Origin: Demequinaceae bacterium
Lineage (GTDB): Bacteria; Actinomycetota; Actinomycetes; Actinomycetales; Demequinaceae
Reading direction: 5' to 3'
Assembly: GCA_965250005.1 (NCBI GenBank)
Contig: OZ252279.1
Span: 630,001 to 662,000 of the forward strand
Length of the DNA: 32,000 nt
The notes beneath the pieces are model-generated. The model had not been told where the DNA came from. It did not search any database and saw nothing but the letters and a program-made list of their open reading frames with translations. A program made the translations under genes and the position numbers. Shown here in pieces: positions 1 through 8,188 of the stretch. The stretch's first letter is position 1. Each line of letters begins with the position of its first letter.

Positions 1-120
1 GAACTGCCTTCGGCTTTGCGACGTTTGAAAATGCTAGGCGACACGAACGACCTCTCGGATGTGGTGATTGCGCTGGCTCGCTGGGTGCTCCGGCCTGTCG
101 CCGTCGCGCAATACAGTTAA
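1..120 (+). CDS. possible 3' end of an upstream gene (partial, product unknown)
   Basis: Frame 1 is open from the window edge to TAA at 118-120 (...LARWVLRPVAVAQYS*). Only 39 codons are visible and no motif is recognisable. Confidence 0.2.
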   Translation, partial: ELPSALRRLKMLGDTNDLSDVVIALARWVLRPVAVAQYS

Positions 121-208
121 TTGTAGCGCCAGCGCGCAAGTCGTATGCCCAATCCTTCGCTCTGAGCTCGTTGCCCGAGAGCGCATTCCGGCCAAAAGAG
201 ACAATCGG

Positions 209-1276
209 CTACGCGGCCCTCTTCCAGCCTGGCTGAATCCCGGCTAGTAGCGTGCACTCCAGGAGCCCCGCGAGCCGATACCCGGGTTCCGCGGCCTGTG
301 CCCCCTCGAGCATATCGCGGCAGACCACCGAGTCGCCGTCCCACCATGCGATCAACGCCTGCAGGGTGAGCGTAGGAGCGCGCTGATCCTGCCGCGCGAG
401 CGACGTGAGCCGGCCGCACAGCTCCCAGGCGACAGCAACCAGCGAATCCGTAGGACGTCGGCCCTGCTCGGGAGAGAGCAATACGTCGAGAGCCGCAGAT
501 ACCTGATTCGGGGCTGATCCAGCGAGAATCCCGCGAGCAGTCGCGAGCCTGCCTGGAAGGAGCGAAACCACCACGGCGTCCCTCACAGCGCGGTCTTGAA
601 GTGCTGCCACGAGCTTCCCCGCGTGCGCATCCGTGGGCATGTCCCCTCGCGCCGCCGCTTTCCACGCACCCCGCCAAAGCGCAAAGGAGTCCCGGCGCCA
701 TGTGGCGCCGTCGCGCTCTCGGTGGGCCCACCAGCGGTCCCCTGCGCGCGCCGCGCGCCTGCGGGACGGTTCGCCAGGCGATCGCGTTGTGGGGGCGCGG
801 CCCGCTTCCGAGCCGTGTGGGTACATGCGAACACTCGCGAGCTTTCTGTTGCGAGCGACAGCGGTAGGCACGACGGTGCCGTTCTGCGGGCAGCACGTGT
901 ACTTCGCGCACCCAGGCGAAAAATACCGCCCGTCCACGACTGCCCACCCCTCAACGTCGATCCCTGCCGCAAGGAGGGCGGGGCGAAGCGCGTCTGTTGC
1001 CGCACAGTCCAATCGCACAGCATCATCCGTGAATGAAACGGCAACCACGCTACGCGCACCGTCGCGCGCGAGATGAGCAACGATGCCTCGCACGAGGGGG
1101 CTGGCAACATCCGGTTGCAGACAATCAGTGCGATCCACGCGCAGCAGCACACCCAACTTGCCGCCTTCGAGAATCGCGACAAGGACGACAGACTCTCGCG
1201 GCTCGAACCCCAGCAGCACGGGAATCGTCGCTATCAACTCGCCAGGGCCGCGGATGTGGTGTCGGTGAGTCATCAC
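209..1276 (-). CDS. DUF4192-family protein (conserved actinobacterial, function unknown)
   Basis: 355-aa ORF. N-terminus 'PGELIATIPVLLGFEPRESVVLVAI' is typical of DUF4192. It lies beside the Rv2175c-like/pknL pair as in mycobacteria. Start is GTG 1276 or ATG 1273. Confidence 0.7.
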   Translation of the reverse strand: MMTHRHHIRGPGELIATIPVLLGFEPRESVVLVAILEGGKLGVLLRVDRTDCLQPDVASPLVRGIVAHLARDGARSVVAVSFTDDAVRLDCAATDALRPALLAAGIDVEGWAVVDGRYFSPGCAKYTCCPQNGTVVPTAVARNRKLASVRMYPHGSEAGRAPTTRSPGEPSRRRAARAGDRWWAHRERDGATWRRDSFALWRGAWKAAARGDMPTDAHAGKLVAALQDRAVRDAVVVSLLPGRLATARGILAGSAPNQVSAALDVLLSPEQGRRPTDSLVAVAWELCGRLTSLARQDQRAPTLTLQALIAWWDGDSVVCRDMLEGAQAAEPGYRLAGLLECTLLAGIQPGWKRAA

Positions 1277-1363
1277 TCAACGCTGAAGCACCGTCCAACG
1301 CGTGGCCACAGCAACCGCGCTTGCTGTGGGCGGTTTTGCTGTCAGGGGGCCTGGGGACCACCG

Positions 1364-1714
1364 CTAGAAAAGGATCTGCGCCACCCGCCGCACGTGGGCC
1401 CTGCTGCCCGAACGCAGAGTCTCGATGGGCGACGCGCCCAGCTCGGGGTGCTCATCGAGCATCCATGCCATCGCCTCGTCGTCGTCGAGTCCAGCGTCCC
1501 CAAGCATGGTCAAGGTCCCGTGGAGCCAGCGATGAGGCGTCACGCCGTGCATACTCTCGTCGAGGAATACCTCAGGAACATAGAGCGCGCTGTTTTCTCC
1601 ACGCCGAACTGCGAGCAGTTTGCGATCGTGCAATAGGTCGCGAACTCTACTCAACGGCACCCCAAGTCGCTCCGCCACATCAGGGACGGCCAGCCAGACA
1701 ATTCGATTCGACAC
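1364..1714 (-). CDS. Rv2175c-like winged-helix DNA-binding protein (known PknL substrate family)
   Basis: 116 aa. HTH-like 'VPDVAERLGVPLSRVRDLLHDRKLLAVRR'. Divergent from the Ser/Thr kinase exactly as Rv2175c/Rv2176. GTG start lies 6 nt after a TAGGCT hexamer. Confidence 0.7.
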   Translation of the reverse strand: MSNRIVWLAVPDVAERLGVPLSRVRDLLHDRKLLAVRRGENSALYVPEVFLDESMHGVTPHRWLHGTLTMLGDAGLDDDEAMAWMLDEHPELGASPIETLRSGSRAHVRRVAQILF

Positions 1715-1720
1715 GACACA

Positions 1721-1726
1721 AGCCTA
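1721..1726 (-). promoter_or_regulatory. -10 hexamer TAGGCT of a putative leaderless promoter for the Rv2175c-like gene
   Basis: Minus-strand reading is TAGGCT-tgtgtc-GTG. The 6-nt spacer puts the predicted TSS on the start codon. Confidence 0.45.
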
Positions 1727-1792
1727 CAAACAACGCGGAGCGCTGATTGCCTCTGCGCGTTTCGGTCATCAGGCCAGCCCCGCGCACGGCCC

Positions 1793-1798
1793 TAGAAT
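1793..1798 (+). promoter_or_regulatory. -10 hexamer TAGAAT of a putative leaderless promoter for the kinase gene
   Basis: TAGAAT-gtgttc-GTG(1805). The ORF-track start GTG 1799 abuts the hexamer and cannot be transcribed from it. Confidence 0.45.
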
Positions 1799-1804
1799 GT
1801 GTTC

Positions 1805-3748
1805 GTGCCCAAGACCGCTATTGACCCACTTGTCGGCCAAGTAGTCGACGACCGCTACTTGGTGCGCGAACTCATCGCCAAAGGCGGAATGGCCACGGTC
1901 TACCTTGCGACAGACCGCCGCCTAGGTCGCGACGTCGCCCTCAAGATCATGCGGCCGGCCCTCGCTGGCGAAGGAACCACGAGCGACTTCATATCGAGGT
2001 TCCGGAGGGAAGCGCGCGCAGCCGCCCGTCTCACCCATCCCGGGATGGTGCGGGTGTACGACCAGGGCACTGATGGCGACACCAGCTATCTCACAATGGA
2101 GTACATCGAGGGCGACAACCTGCGCCAACGCCTCGAGCAGGAAGCGACCATCCCGGTCGGCGAGGCGCTTCAAATCACCGAGGCGATTCTCGGAGCGCTC
2201 GGCGCCGCCCACGCGCTTGGCCTGGTCCACCGAGACGTCAAGCCCGAGAACATTCTAATCGACGCAGACGGCAATCCCAAGATCGCTGACTTCGGGTTGG
2301 CGCGAGCCGTCACCGACATCACTGCGACTACCACGGGAACAATCATGGGCACGGTCGCGTATCTTGGCCCCGAGTTGGTGCAACGCGGTGAAAGCGATGC
2401 GCGGACCGACGTGTACGCAATCGGGATCCTGCTTTACGAAATGGTCACAGGTCGCCAGCCATTTACCGGTGAGTCCGCGATCGACATCGCACACCGCCAC
2501 GTCCAAGAGAACATTCCCCCGCCGTCTGCGCACGTGCCGTGGTTACCGCCGGAGTTCGATGCCCTAGTCAGCGAGCTCGCCGCTCGCGACCCCGACGCGC
2601 GACCTAGCGACGCGAACCAGGCTCTCACTGCAGTGCGGCGCGCACGAACCATGATCGACGACCCAACGCTTGATCGCCGCGCCGACCCGCCGACTGGCTC
2701 GTTCCCGGTGTCCACCCACACGGCGCAGACGCAGGTGCTCGACCCCACGCCCACCGGCTCGACGGTGGCGCTACCCATCGGCCTTGGCCTCGAGTTTGAG
2801 GCGGAGGACGAGGAGGACCTCGATCCGACCACGTCGTCGCAAATCACCACGGCGCCCAATCGCCTCGCGTGGTGGGTCGGTGCCATTGCCGCCGCGATCG
2901 TCGCCCTCGCGCTAATGGGCGTCTGGTGGTACTCGGCCATCGGCCCCGGCGCCTACACACAGATCCCTGATGTTGCGGGCCGGACCGTGGAGGAGGCCAC
3001 CACAGCGCTTGAAGCCGAGGGTCTCACCGTCGCCGTGAACCAAAAGTACAACGACGAGGTGCCCGTCGGCTCGGTCGTAGGCACGGATCCCCCAGCGGAA
3101 GAAGAAGTCATCAATGCGGGCACGGTCACGGTGATCGTGTCTCGGGGCCCGATGATGACCGATATTCCCGTCGTCGCGACCATCCTCGAGTCAGATGCTC
3201 TGGAGCGGCTGTCTGACGCTGGCTTTCCCGCCCCAAACGTGAGTCGGGCCTATAGCGACACCGTTCCTGTGGGTGAAGTCATCTCGAGTGAGCCTGCTGC
3301 CGGCGAGCGCGTTCGTCACGACACCGTGATCGATCTACTTATCTCGGACGGCCCCGAACCAATTAGGATTCCGAATGTATTCAACGCGGCAGAGGGAACG
3401 GCGCTGGCCGCATTGGAAGGCTTTGCTCTCGACGTCACCGTGGTCAGGGGTCGCACGGACCTGGTCGACGAGGGGCACGTGTATGACCAAGACCCGGCGA
3501 GTGGCACCGCCGGACTGCGCACGCAAGAGATGGTCATCTACGTATCGATCGGCCTGCCGCTTGTAGACGTCCCCAACTTCACAGGACTGAACGAGGCACT
3601 GGCTATCGCGCGAGCCGAAGACGAGGGCCTGCTTGTCACGGTGACAAATGTGCCCTGGGAGAGTTGCGCCCCCTTGACCATCTGCGGCCAGAGCGTCGCG
3701 CCCGGCGAAGAGGTCGAGATCGGCTCCACGATCCATCTGTGGTACTAG
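1805..3748 (+). CDS. pknL: Ser/Thr protein kinase with four extracellular PASTA-like repeats (PknL-like)
   Basis: Hanks motifs IAKGGMATVY, VALK, HRDVKPENILI, ADFG and GTVAYLGPE. One TM helix (WWVGAIAAAIVALALMGVWWY). Four ~65-aa PASTA-like repeats follow. Synteny with Rv2175c-like and aroG. Start is 1805 (leaderless model) or 1799. Confidence 0.9.
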   Translation: MPKTAIDPLVGQVVDDRYLVRELIAKGGMATVYLATDRRLGRDVALKIMRPALAGEGTTSDFISRFRREARAAARLTHPGMVRVYDQGTDGDTSYLTMEYIEGDNLRQRLEQEATIPVGEALQITEAILGALGAAHALGLVHRDVKPENILIDADGNPKIADFGLARAVTDITATTTGTIMGTVAYLGPELVQRGESDARTDVYAIGILLYEMVTGRQPFTGESAIDIAHRHVQENIPPPSAHVPWLPPEFDALVSELAARDPDARPSDANQALTAVRRARTMIDDPTLDRRADPPTGSFPVSTHTAQTQVLDPTPTGSTVALPIGLGLEFEAEDEEDLDPTTSSQITTAPNRLAWWVGAIAAAIVALALMGVWWYSAIGPGAYTQIPDVAGRTVEEATTALEAEGLTVAVNQKYNDEVPVGSVVGTDPPAEEEVINAGTVTVIVSRGPMMTDIPVVATILESDALERLSDAGFPAPNVSRAYSDTVPVGEVISSEPAAGERVRHDTVIDLLISDGPEPIRIPNVFNAAEGTALAALEGFALDVTVVRGRTDLVDEGHVYDQDPASGTAGLRTQEMVIYVSIGLPLVDVPNFTGLNEALAIARAEDEGLLVTVTNVPWESCAPLTICGQSVAPGEEVEIGSTIHLWY

Positions 3749-3786
3749 CCCGACGCGCCCCAGTGTAGGCCGCGAGCAGCGCCCGG

Positions 3787-5136
3787 CTAATTGGCGAGTA
3801 GCCCCGAGACCAGGAACGCCATCTCAAGCGACTGCTGGTGATTGAGGCGCGGGTCGACCAGTGTCTCGTAACGGCTCTTGAGGCCCTCGTCGTCGATCTC
3901 CTCGGTCCCGCCCATCACCTCGGTGACATCGTCGCCAGTGAGCTCAATGAGGATGCCTCCCGGGACCGTCCCCGCAGCGCGGTGGACCTCGAAGAAGCCG
4001 CGCACCTCGTCGAGGAGCACGTCGAAGCGGCGCGTTTTGTAACCAGATTCTGAGGTGAAGGTGTTGCCGTGCATCGGGTCCGTCAGCCACGTCACCGGTG
4101 CACCCGCGTCGCGGACAGCTTCCACAAGCGCAGGCAGCGCCTCGCGAACCTTGTCAGCGCCCATGCGTGCGACAAACGTGAGCCGGCCGGGGATCGCGTC
4201 CGGGTTGAGCTTTTCGATGAGCGCGAGCACGTCTTCCGGCTTGGTGCTCGGGCCCAACTTCACGCCAATGGGGTTGGTCACCTTGGACAGGAACTCCACG
4301 TGCGCGCCATCGAGATCGCGTGTGCGCTCCCCTATCCAGAGGAAGTGCGCCGAGCAGTCGTACGGCTCTCCGCTCAGCGAGTCGATGCGCGTGAGCGCGC
4401 GCTCGTAATCAAGGAGCAGCGCCTCGTGGCTCGAGAAGAATTCCACAGTCTTGAGCGCGTCGAAGTCGCCACCGGCTGCCGCCATGAAGCGAACCGCGCG
4501 ATCGATTTCGGAGGCAGTCTTCTCGTACTTTGCGTACGCCGGGTTCGCAGTAAAGCCCTTGTTCCATTCGTGGACGCGGCGCAGATCAGCGAAGCCGCCG
4601 GTGGTAAACGCGCGAATCAGATTGAGCGTAGACGCGCTGGTTTGGTAGGCGCGGACCATTCGATGCGGGTTCGGAACGCGCTCCTTCTCGGTGAATCCGA
4701 AGGCATTCACGATGTCCCCGCGGAACGCTGGCAAAGTCACGCCGTCGCGCGTCTCCGTGTCTGCGGAACGCGGTTTGGCGTATTGGCCCGCCATGCGGCC
4801 GATCTTGACCACGGGCATGCTCGCCCCGTACGTCAAGATCACCGCCATCTGCAAGATCGTCTTGATCTTGTTGCGGATGCGGTCGGCGGTTGCCTCGTCA
4901 AAGGTTTCCGCGCAGTCGCCCCCGACCAGCACGAACGCTTCACCCTTGGAGGCCGCGTCGAGGTGGCCGCGAAGCACGTCCGCCTCGCCTGCAAACACCA
5001 GCGGTGGAACATTCTTGAGCTCGTCGGTCGCCTTCTTGAGCTCGTCCTGGTCGGGCCAGTTGGGCTGTTGCTTCGCCTCGCACGCGAGGTAAGCGTCTAC
5101 GCCAGCAGCCTTGAGCTTGGCGTCAGTCGCGGACAT
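3787..5136 (-). CDS. aroG: 3-deoxy-7-phosphoheptulonate (DAHP) synthase, class II
   Basis: Class II motifs 'GGDCAETF' and 'GRMAGQYAKPRS'. About 450 aa, like M. tuberculosis AroG. ATG at 5136 overlaps the pfp stop by 1 nt (TGATG). The ORF-track extension to 5175 would overlap pfp by 40 nt. Confidence 0.9.
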   Translation of the reverse strand: MSATDAKLKAAGVDAYLACEAKQQPNWPDQDELKKATDELKNVPPLVFAGEADVLRGHLDAASKGEAFVLVGGDCAETFDEATADRIRNKIKTILQMAVILTYGASMPVVKIGRMAGQYAKPRSADTETRDGVTLPAFRGDIVNAFGFTEKERVPNPHRMVRAYQTSASTLNLIRAFTTGGFADLRRVHEWNKGFTANPAYAKYEKTASEIDRAVRFMAAAGGDFDALKTVEFFSSHEALLLDYERALTRIDSLSGEPYDCSAHFLWIGERTRDLDGAHVEFLSKVTNPIGVKLGPSTKPEDVLALIEKLNPDAIPGRLTFVARMGADKVREALPALVEAVRDAGAPVTWLTDPMHGNTFTSESGYKTRRFDVLLDEVRGFFEVHRAAGTVPGGILIELTGDDVTEVMGGTEEIDDEGLKSRYETLVDPRLNHQQSLEMAFLVSGLLAN

Positions 5137-6335
5137 CAGCCCTGACCAATCGCGGCGAGCATCTCGGTGAACCACGGCGTCTTGGTGTCGAACGGCTTAC
5201 CGCCCGCAATCCGCGGGAAAGCTATCGCCTTGAGGCGGCCGCCGTCATCGTCGTCGTGGCCGATCACTCCGGGCTTGCCCTTGAGTGCTGACTCGACGGC
5301 GTAGTCCGTCATCGACTTGATGAGGCGCAGGTCCTGCGCGTTTGCGCGCGCCGATCGCGAGAAGTAGCCCGACTTCTGGACCATAGTTTTCTCGGCACCT
5401 ATCCGGTCGGCAAACTGCTGGGCGAACCATGCGCCCGGGTTGATGGTGTCGAGCTTGACGTGGCCGAACGGGTCGCGGCCAACCTCGCCGCCCGCGTCCT
5501 CAATCTCCTTGATGATTTCGGGCACACCGGCGCCCTCAGAGAGAAAGATATTGACGTTGCCCACGTCGTCCATGACGGCCTTGAGGCGCTTGGCCTCGGC
5601 GTCGAGGTCAAGCGACATCTCGGGGACGAATACCGCGTGGACGTCCCAGCGTTCCTTGGTGAGGCCGATGCCCGGGACCCAGTCCAGCGTGTCGAGCCAA
5701 CGCCGGTATTTGCTGGCCGAGGCCGCGGTGAGCCAGCCGCTGTGTCGACCCATCACTTCGTGGACGATAAGCATGCGCGGGTTTGATCGGTGCTCGCCGA
5801 TCACGTTCTGAGCGAAGACGCTGGCTTGCTCGGCTGCGCTCCACGCGCCAAGCGACTGCCCGATCGGCACAACGTCGTTGTCGATTGTCTTGGGCAGGCC
5901 AACGACCGTGAGATTGTAGTCGTTCTTCTCCAGGTACGCGGCGAGGTCAGCTGCGGTCAAGTTTGTGTCGTCTCCACCGATCGTGTGAAGGACGTCTATG
6001 CCGTCGGCTTTGAGCTGGTTCGCGGCGACGGCGAGCGGGTCCTCGCCTTCTTTCACGAGGCCGCGCTCCACGCAGTCCTTGACGTTGGTGAGCTTGACGC
6101 GGCTGTTGCCGATGGGCGAGCCGCCAAAGTCGTGCAGTATCCCTGCGGCCTCGCGGACGTCCTGCGTGATGGTGACCGAGTTGCCCGTGAGGAGTCCGTG
6201 ATAGCCGTGCTGGTAGGCAATGATCTCGATTCTGGGCGCGATCTCCGTGTAGCGGCCAATGAGACCGCCCACTGCAGAAGACAAGCAGGGGGCAAAACCA
6301 CCGGCGGTGAGCAGGGCGACGCGACGGACCGTCAT
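5136..6335 (-). CDS. pfp: pyrophosphate-dependent 6-phosphofructokinase (PPi-PFK)
   Basis: PFK-A fold motifs 'LLTAGGFAPCL', 'TIGGDDTN', 'PKTIDND' and 'VMGRHSGWL'. GGDD (Asp rather than Gly) with PKT is the PPi-type signature. ATG 6335 is preceded by GAAAGG. ORF-track start 6374 lies inside a TAGAAT -10-like box. Confidence 0.85.
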   Translation of the reverse strand: MTVRRVALLTAGGFAPCLSSAVGGLIGRYTEIAPRIEIIAYQHGYHGLLTGNSVTITQDVREAAGILHDFGGSPIGNSRVKLTNVKDCVERGLVKEGEDPLAVAANQLKADGIDVLHTIGGDDTNLTAADLAAYLEKNDYNLTVVGLPKTIDNDVVPIGQSLGAWSAAEQASVFAQNVIGEHRSNPRMLIVHEVMGRHSGWLTAASASKYRRWLDTLDWVPGIGLTKERWDVHAVFVPEMSLDLDAEAKRLKAVMDDVGNVNIFLSEGAGVPEIIKEIEDAGGEVGRDPFGHVKLDTINPGAWFAQQFADRIGAEKTMVQKSGYFSRSARANAQDLRLIKSMTDYAVESALKGKPGVIGHDDDDGGRLKAIAFPRIAGGKPFDTKTPWFTEMLAAIGQG

Positions 6336-6395
6336 GGCAAAACCTTTCGAAAATGTGCGGGCGAACGTGCCCATTCTAGGTGCGACCGAGCGGGC

Positions 6396-7115
6396 TTAGT
6401 CCCCGAGCTCGCCTTCCCACTGTTCGCGAGCTTCACGGTCAAGTTCGCGCTTGCGACCGGTCGCATCACGGTCGATGAATTTCTGGCCAGACAACTCCTG
6501 GATCGCCTTCATGATCATGTCTGTGACCTCCCGCAGGACGGCGCGATCTTCTTGCTTGCCGGCGTACTCCGAGAAGTCGAGCGGCGGGCCAATGTTGACG
6601 CCGGTCTGGTGCCGGCTGGGCAGCTTCTTGCCGACCGGCTGGGCGATGTCTGTGCCGATCATGGCGATGGGCACCACCGGCACCCCGGACTCGATCGCCA
6701 TGCGAGCGACGCCAGTCTTGCCCCGGTAGAGATTGCCGTCGGGGCTCCGTGTGCCCTCGGGGTAGATGCCCAGGAGTTCGCCGCCCTGCAAAACCTGAAG
6801 GCCCGTACGGAGAGCGGCCTCGGACGCCTTCCCTCCGCCGCGGTAGACGGGGATGGTGCCGACGCCTGACATGAAGGCGCGAACGGCAGCACCCTTGGGC
6901 CCCTTGCCTGTGAAGTACTCGGCCTTACCGAGGAACACAACCTTGCGCTTGATGACGAGCGGCAGAAAGATCGAATCCGAGAACGACAGGTGGTTGCTCG
7001 CGAGAATCGCGCCACCCTCGGCAGGAATGTTCTCGTGCCCCTTGACCCACGGGCGGTAGATGGTCTTCAACCCGGGGCCCAGCAGAACGTGCTTGAACAA
7101 TCCGTAGTAGCTCAT
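6396..7115 (-). CDS. plsC: 1-acyl-sn-glycerol-3-phosphate acyltransferase
   Basis: HX4D motif 'NHLSFSD' and 'YPEGTRS'. AAAGGGG Shine-Dalgarno upstream. Rv2182c-like position. Confidence 0.85.
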   Translation of the reverse strand: MSYYGLFKHVLLGPGLKTIYRPWVKGHENIPAEGGAILASNHLSFSDSIFLPLVIKRKVVFLGKAEYFTGKGPKGAAVRAFMSGVGTIPVYRGGGKASEAALRTGLQVLQGGELLGIYPEGTRSPDGNLYRGKTGVARMAIESGVPVVPIAMIGTDIAQPVGKKLPSRHQTGVNIGPPLDFSEYAGKQEDRAVLREVTDMIMKAIQELSGQKFIDRDATGRKRELDREAREQWEGELGD

Positions 7116-7142
7116 GCGGTGAACCCCTTTCTTACTATCAAC

Positions 7143-8108
7143 CTAGTGCCCAGCCGCACGGGGAACGCGCGCCAGTGCGGCGGCCCCCACGATTCCTGCG
7201 TCGTTGCCCATATCCGCCGCGACGATGGGCGCGACCGTACGGTGGCCCTCGGCGGGCAGTGCCCGTATGAACGCCTTGCGGGCGGGTTCGAGCAAGAGAT
7301 CGCCGGCACCAATAACTCCTCCACCGATGACGTAGATCTCGGGATCGAGCACTGCCGCCAACGACGCGCAGCCCTCGCCCATCCACGTGCCCAGCTCGGA
7401 CAAAAGCGACACCGCGAGCGGGTCTGCCGCCATTGCAGCCGCCGTCACGTGCGGACCGCTCAGAGATTCGATTTGGCCCCCCGCATGCTCGAGGATCGCC
7501 GATGCTCGCTCCGGGTTGTCTACCGCTTGGCGCCGCGCCTCGCGCACCAGAGCGGATCCCGACGCGTACTGCTCCCAGCATCCGCGGTGCCCGCAGCCGC
7601 ACAGGTGGCCGTCCGGAACTACACGGACGTGACCGAGCTCGGCGGCAAAACCATACGCGCCGCGCACCAGCTCGCCACCCACGACCATCGCCGCGCCGAG
7701 GCCAGTGCCGATGGTCAGCATGATCATGGTGGACGTACCGCGCGCCGCGCCATACTTGAACTCGGCCCAACCTGCCGCGTTAGCATCGTTCTCGACAATC
7801 ACGGAGAGCGGCCTGCCGATGGCCGTATGGACCTTCTCTGCCAGCGGATAGTCCCGCCACGCCGCAATGTTCGGGCCGAACAACACGCGTTCGCGATCAG
7901 AACTGACAAATCCGGCGGCGGCCAGGCCTACCGCGTCAAACTCGTAGTCGGCCGCAAACGCATTCACCACATCGGCAATCGCGGCGTCTATTCCTGCTGC
8001 GTCGCGCGGCGAGGTGTCGCGTCGCGCCTTCGCAACGATGACTCCGGCGTCATCGACAACACCCGCAGCGATCTTGGTGCCGCCAATGTCAACGCCAACC
8101 GCGTGCAT
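7143..8108 (-). CDS. glk: ROK-family glucokinase
   Basis: 'VGVDIGGTKIA' ATP site, 'ENDANAA', and the ROK zinc motif 'CGCGHRGCWE'. Start is ATG 8108 or TTG 8111. Confidence 0.85.
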   Translation of the reverse strand: MHAVGVDIGGTKIAAGVVDDAGVIVAKARRDTSPRDAAGIDAAIADVVNAFAADYEFDAVGLAAAGFVSSDRERVLFGPNIAAWRDYPLAEKVHTAIGRPLSVIVENDANAAGWAEFKYGAARGTSTMIMLTIGTGLGAAMVVGGELVRGAYGFAAELGHVRVVPDGHLCGCGHRGCWEQYASGSALVREARRQAVDNPERASAILEHAGGQIESLSGPHVTAAAMAADPLAVSLLSELGTWMGEGCASLAAVLDPEIYVIGGGVIGAGDLLLEPARKAFIRALPAEGHRTVAPIVAADMGNDAGIVGAAALARVPRAAGH

Positions 8109-8188
8109 CAATTACCCACTCTTCCGTACCTGAATGTGCCTCCAAAGGGTATCGTGGCCAACACCCAGAGATCGCCATCGGAGGCATC

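Noticed and set aside
1306-1329. 9-bp hairpin (ccacagcaa-N6-ttgctgtgg) between the Rv2175c-like gene and DUF4192.
   Set aside because: The T-run (ggTTTTg) follows it only on the + strand, where no gene is being terminated. On the coding (-) strand there is no U-tract, so a terminator role is unsupported. It may simply be an intercistronic structure.
4069-5145. 358-aa ORF on the + strand antisense to aroG. Similar long antisense or shadow ORFs occur at 5790-6869 (+), 6990-8192 (+), 117-947 (-), 16636-17610 (+), 20499-21248 (-), 8711-9505 (-), 11453-12088 (-) and 12171-12965 (+).
   Set aside because: They are Arg/Ala/Gly/Pro-rich, low-complexity translations typical of stop-codon-poor alternative frames in high-GC DNA. 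Each fully overlaps a CDS with strong family motifs, and none has recognisable motifs or start signals.
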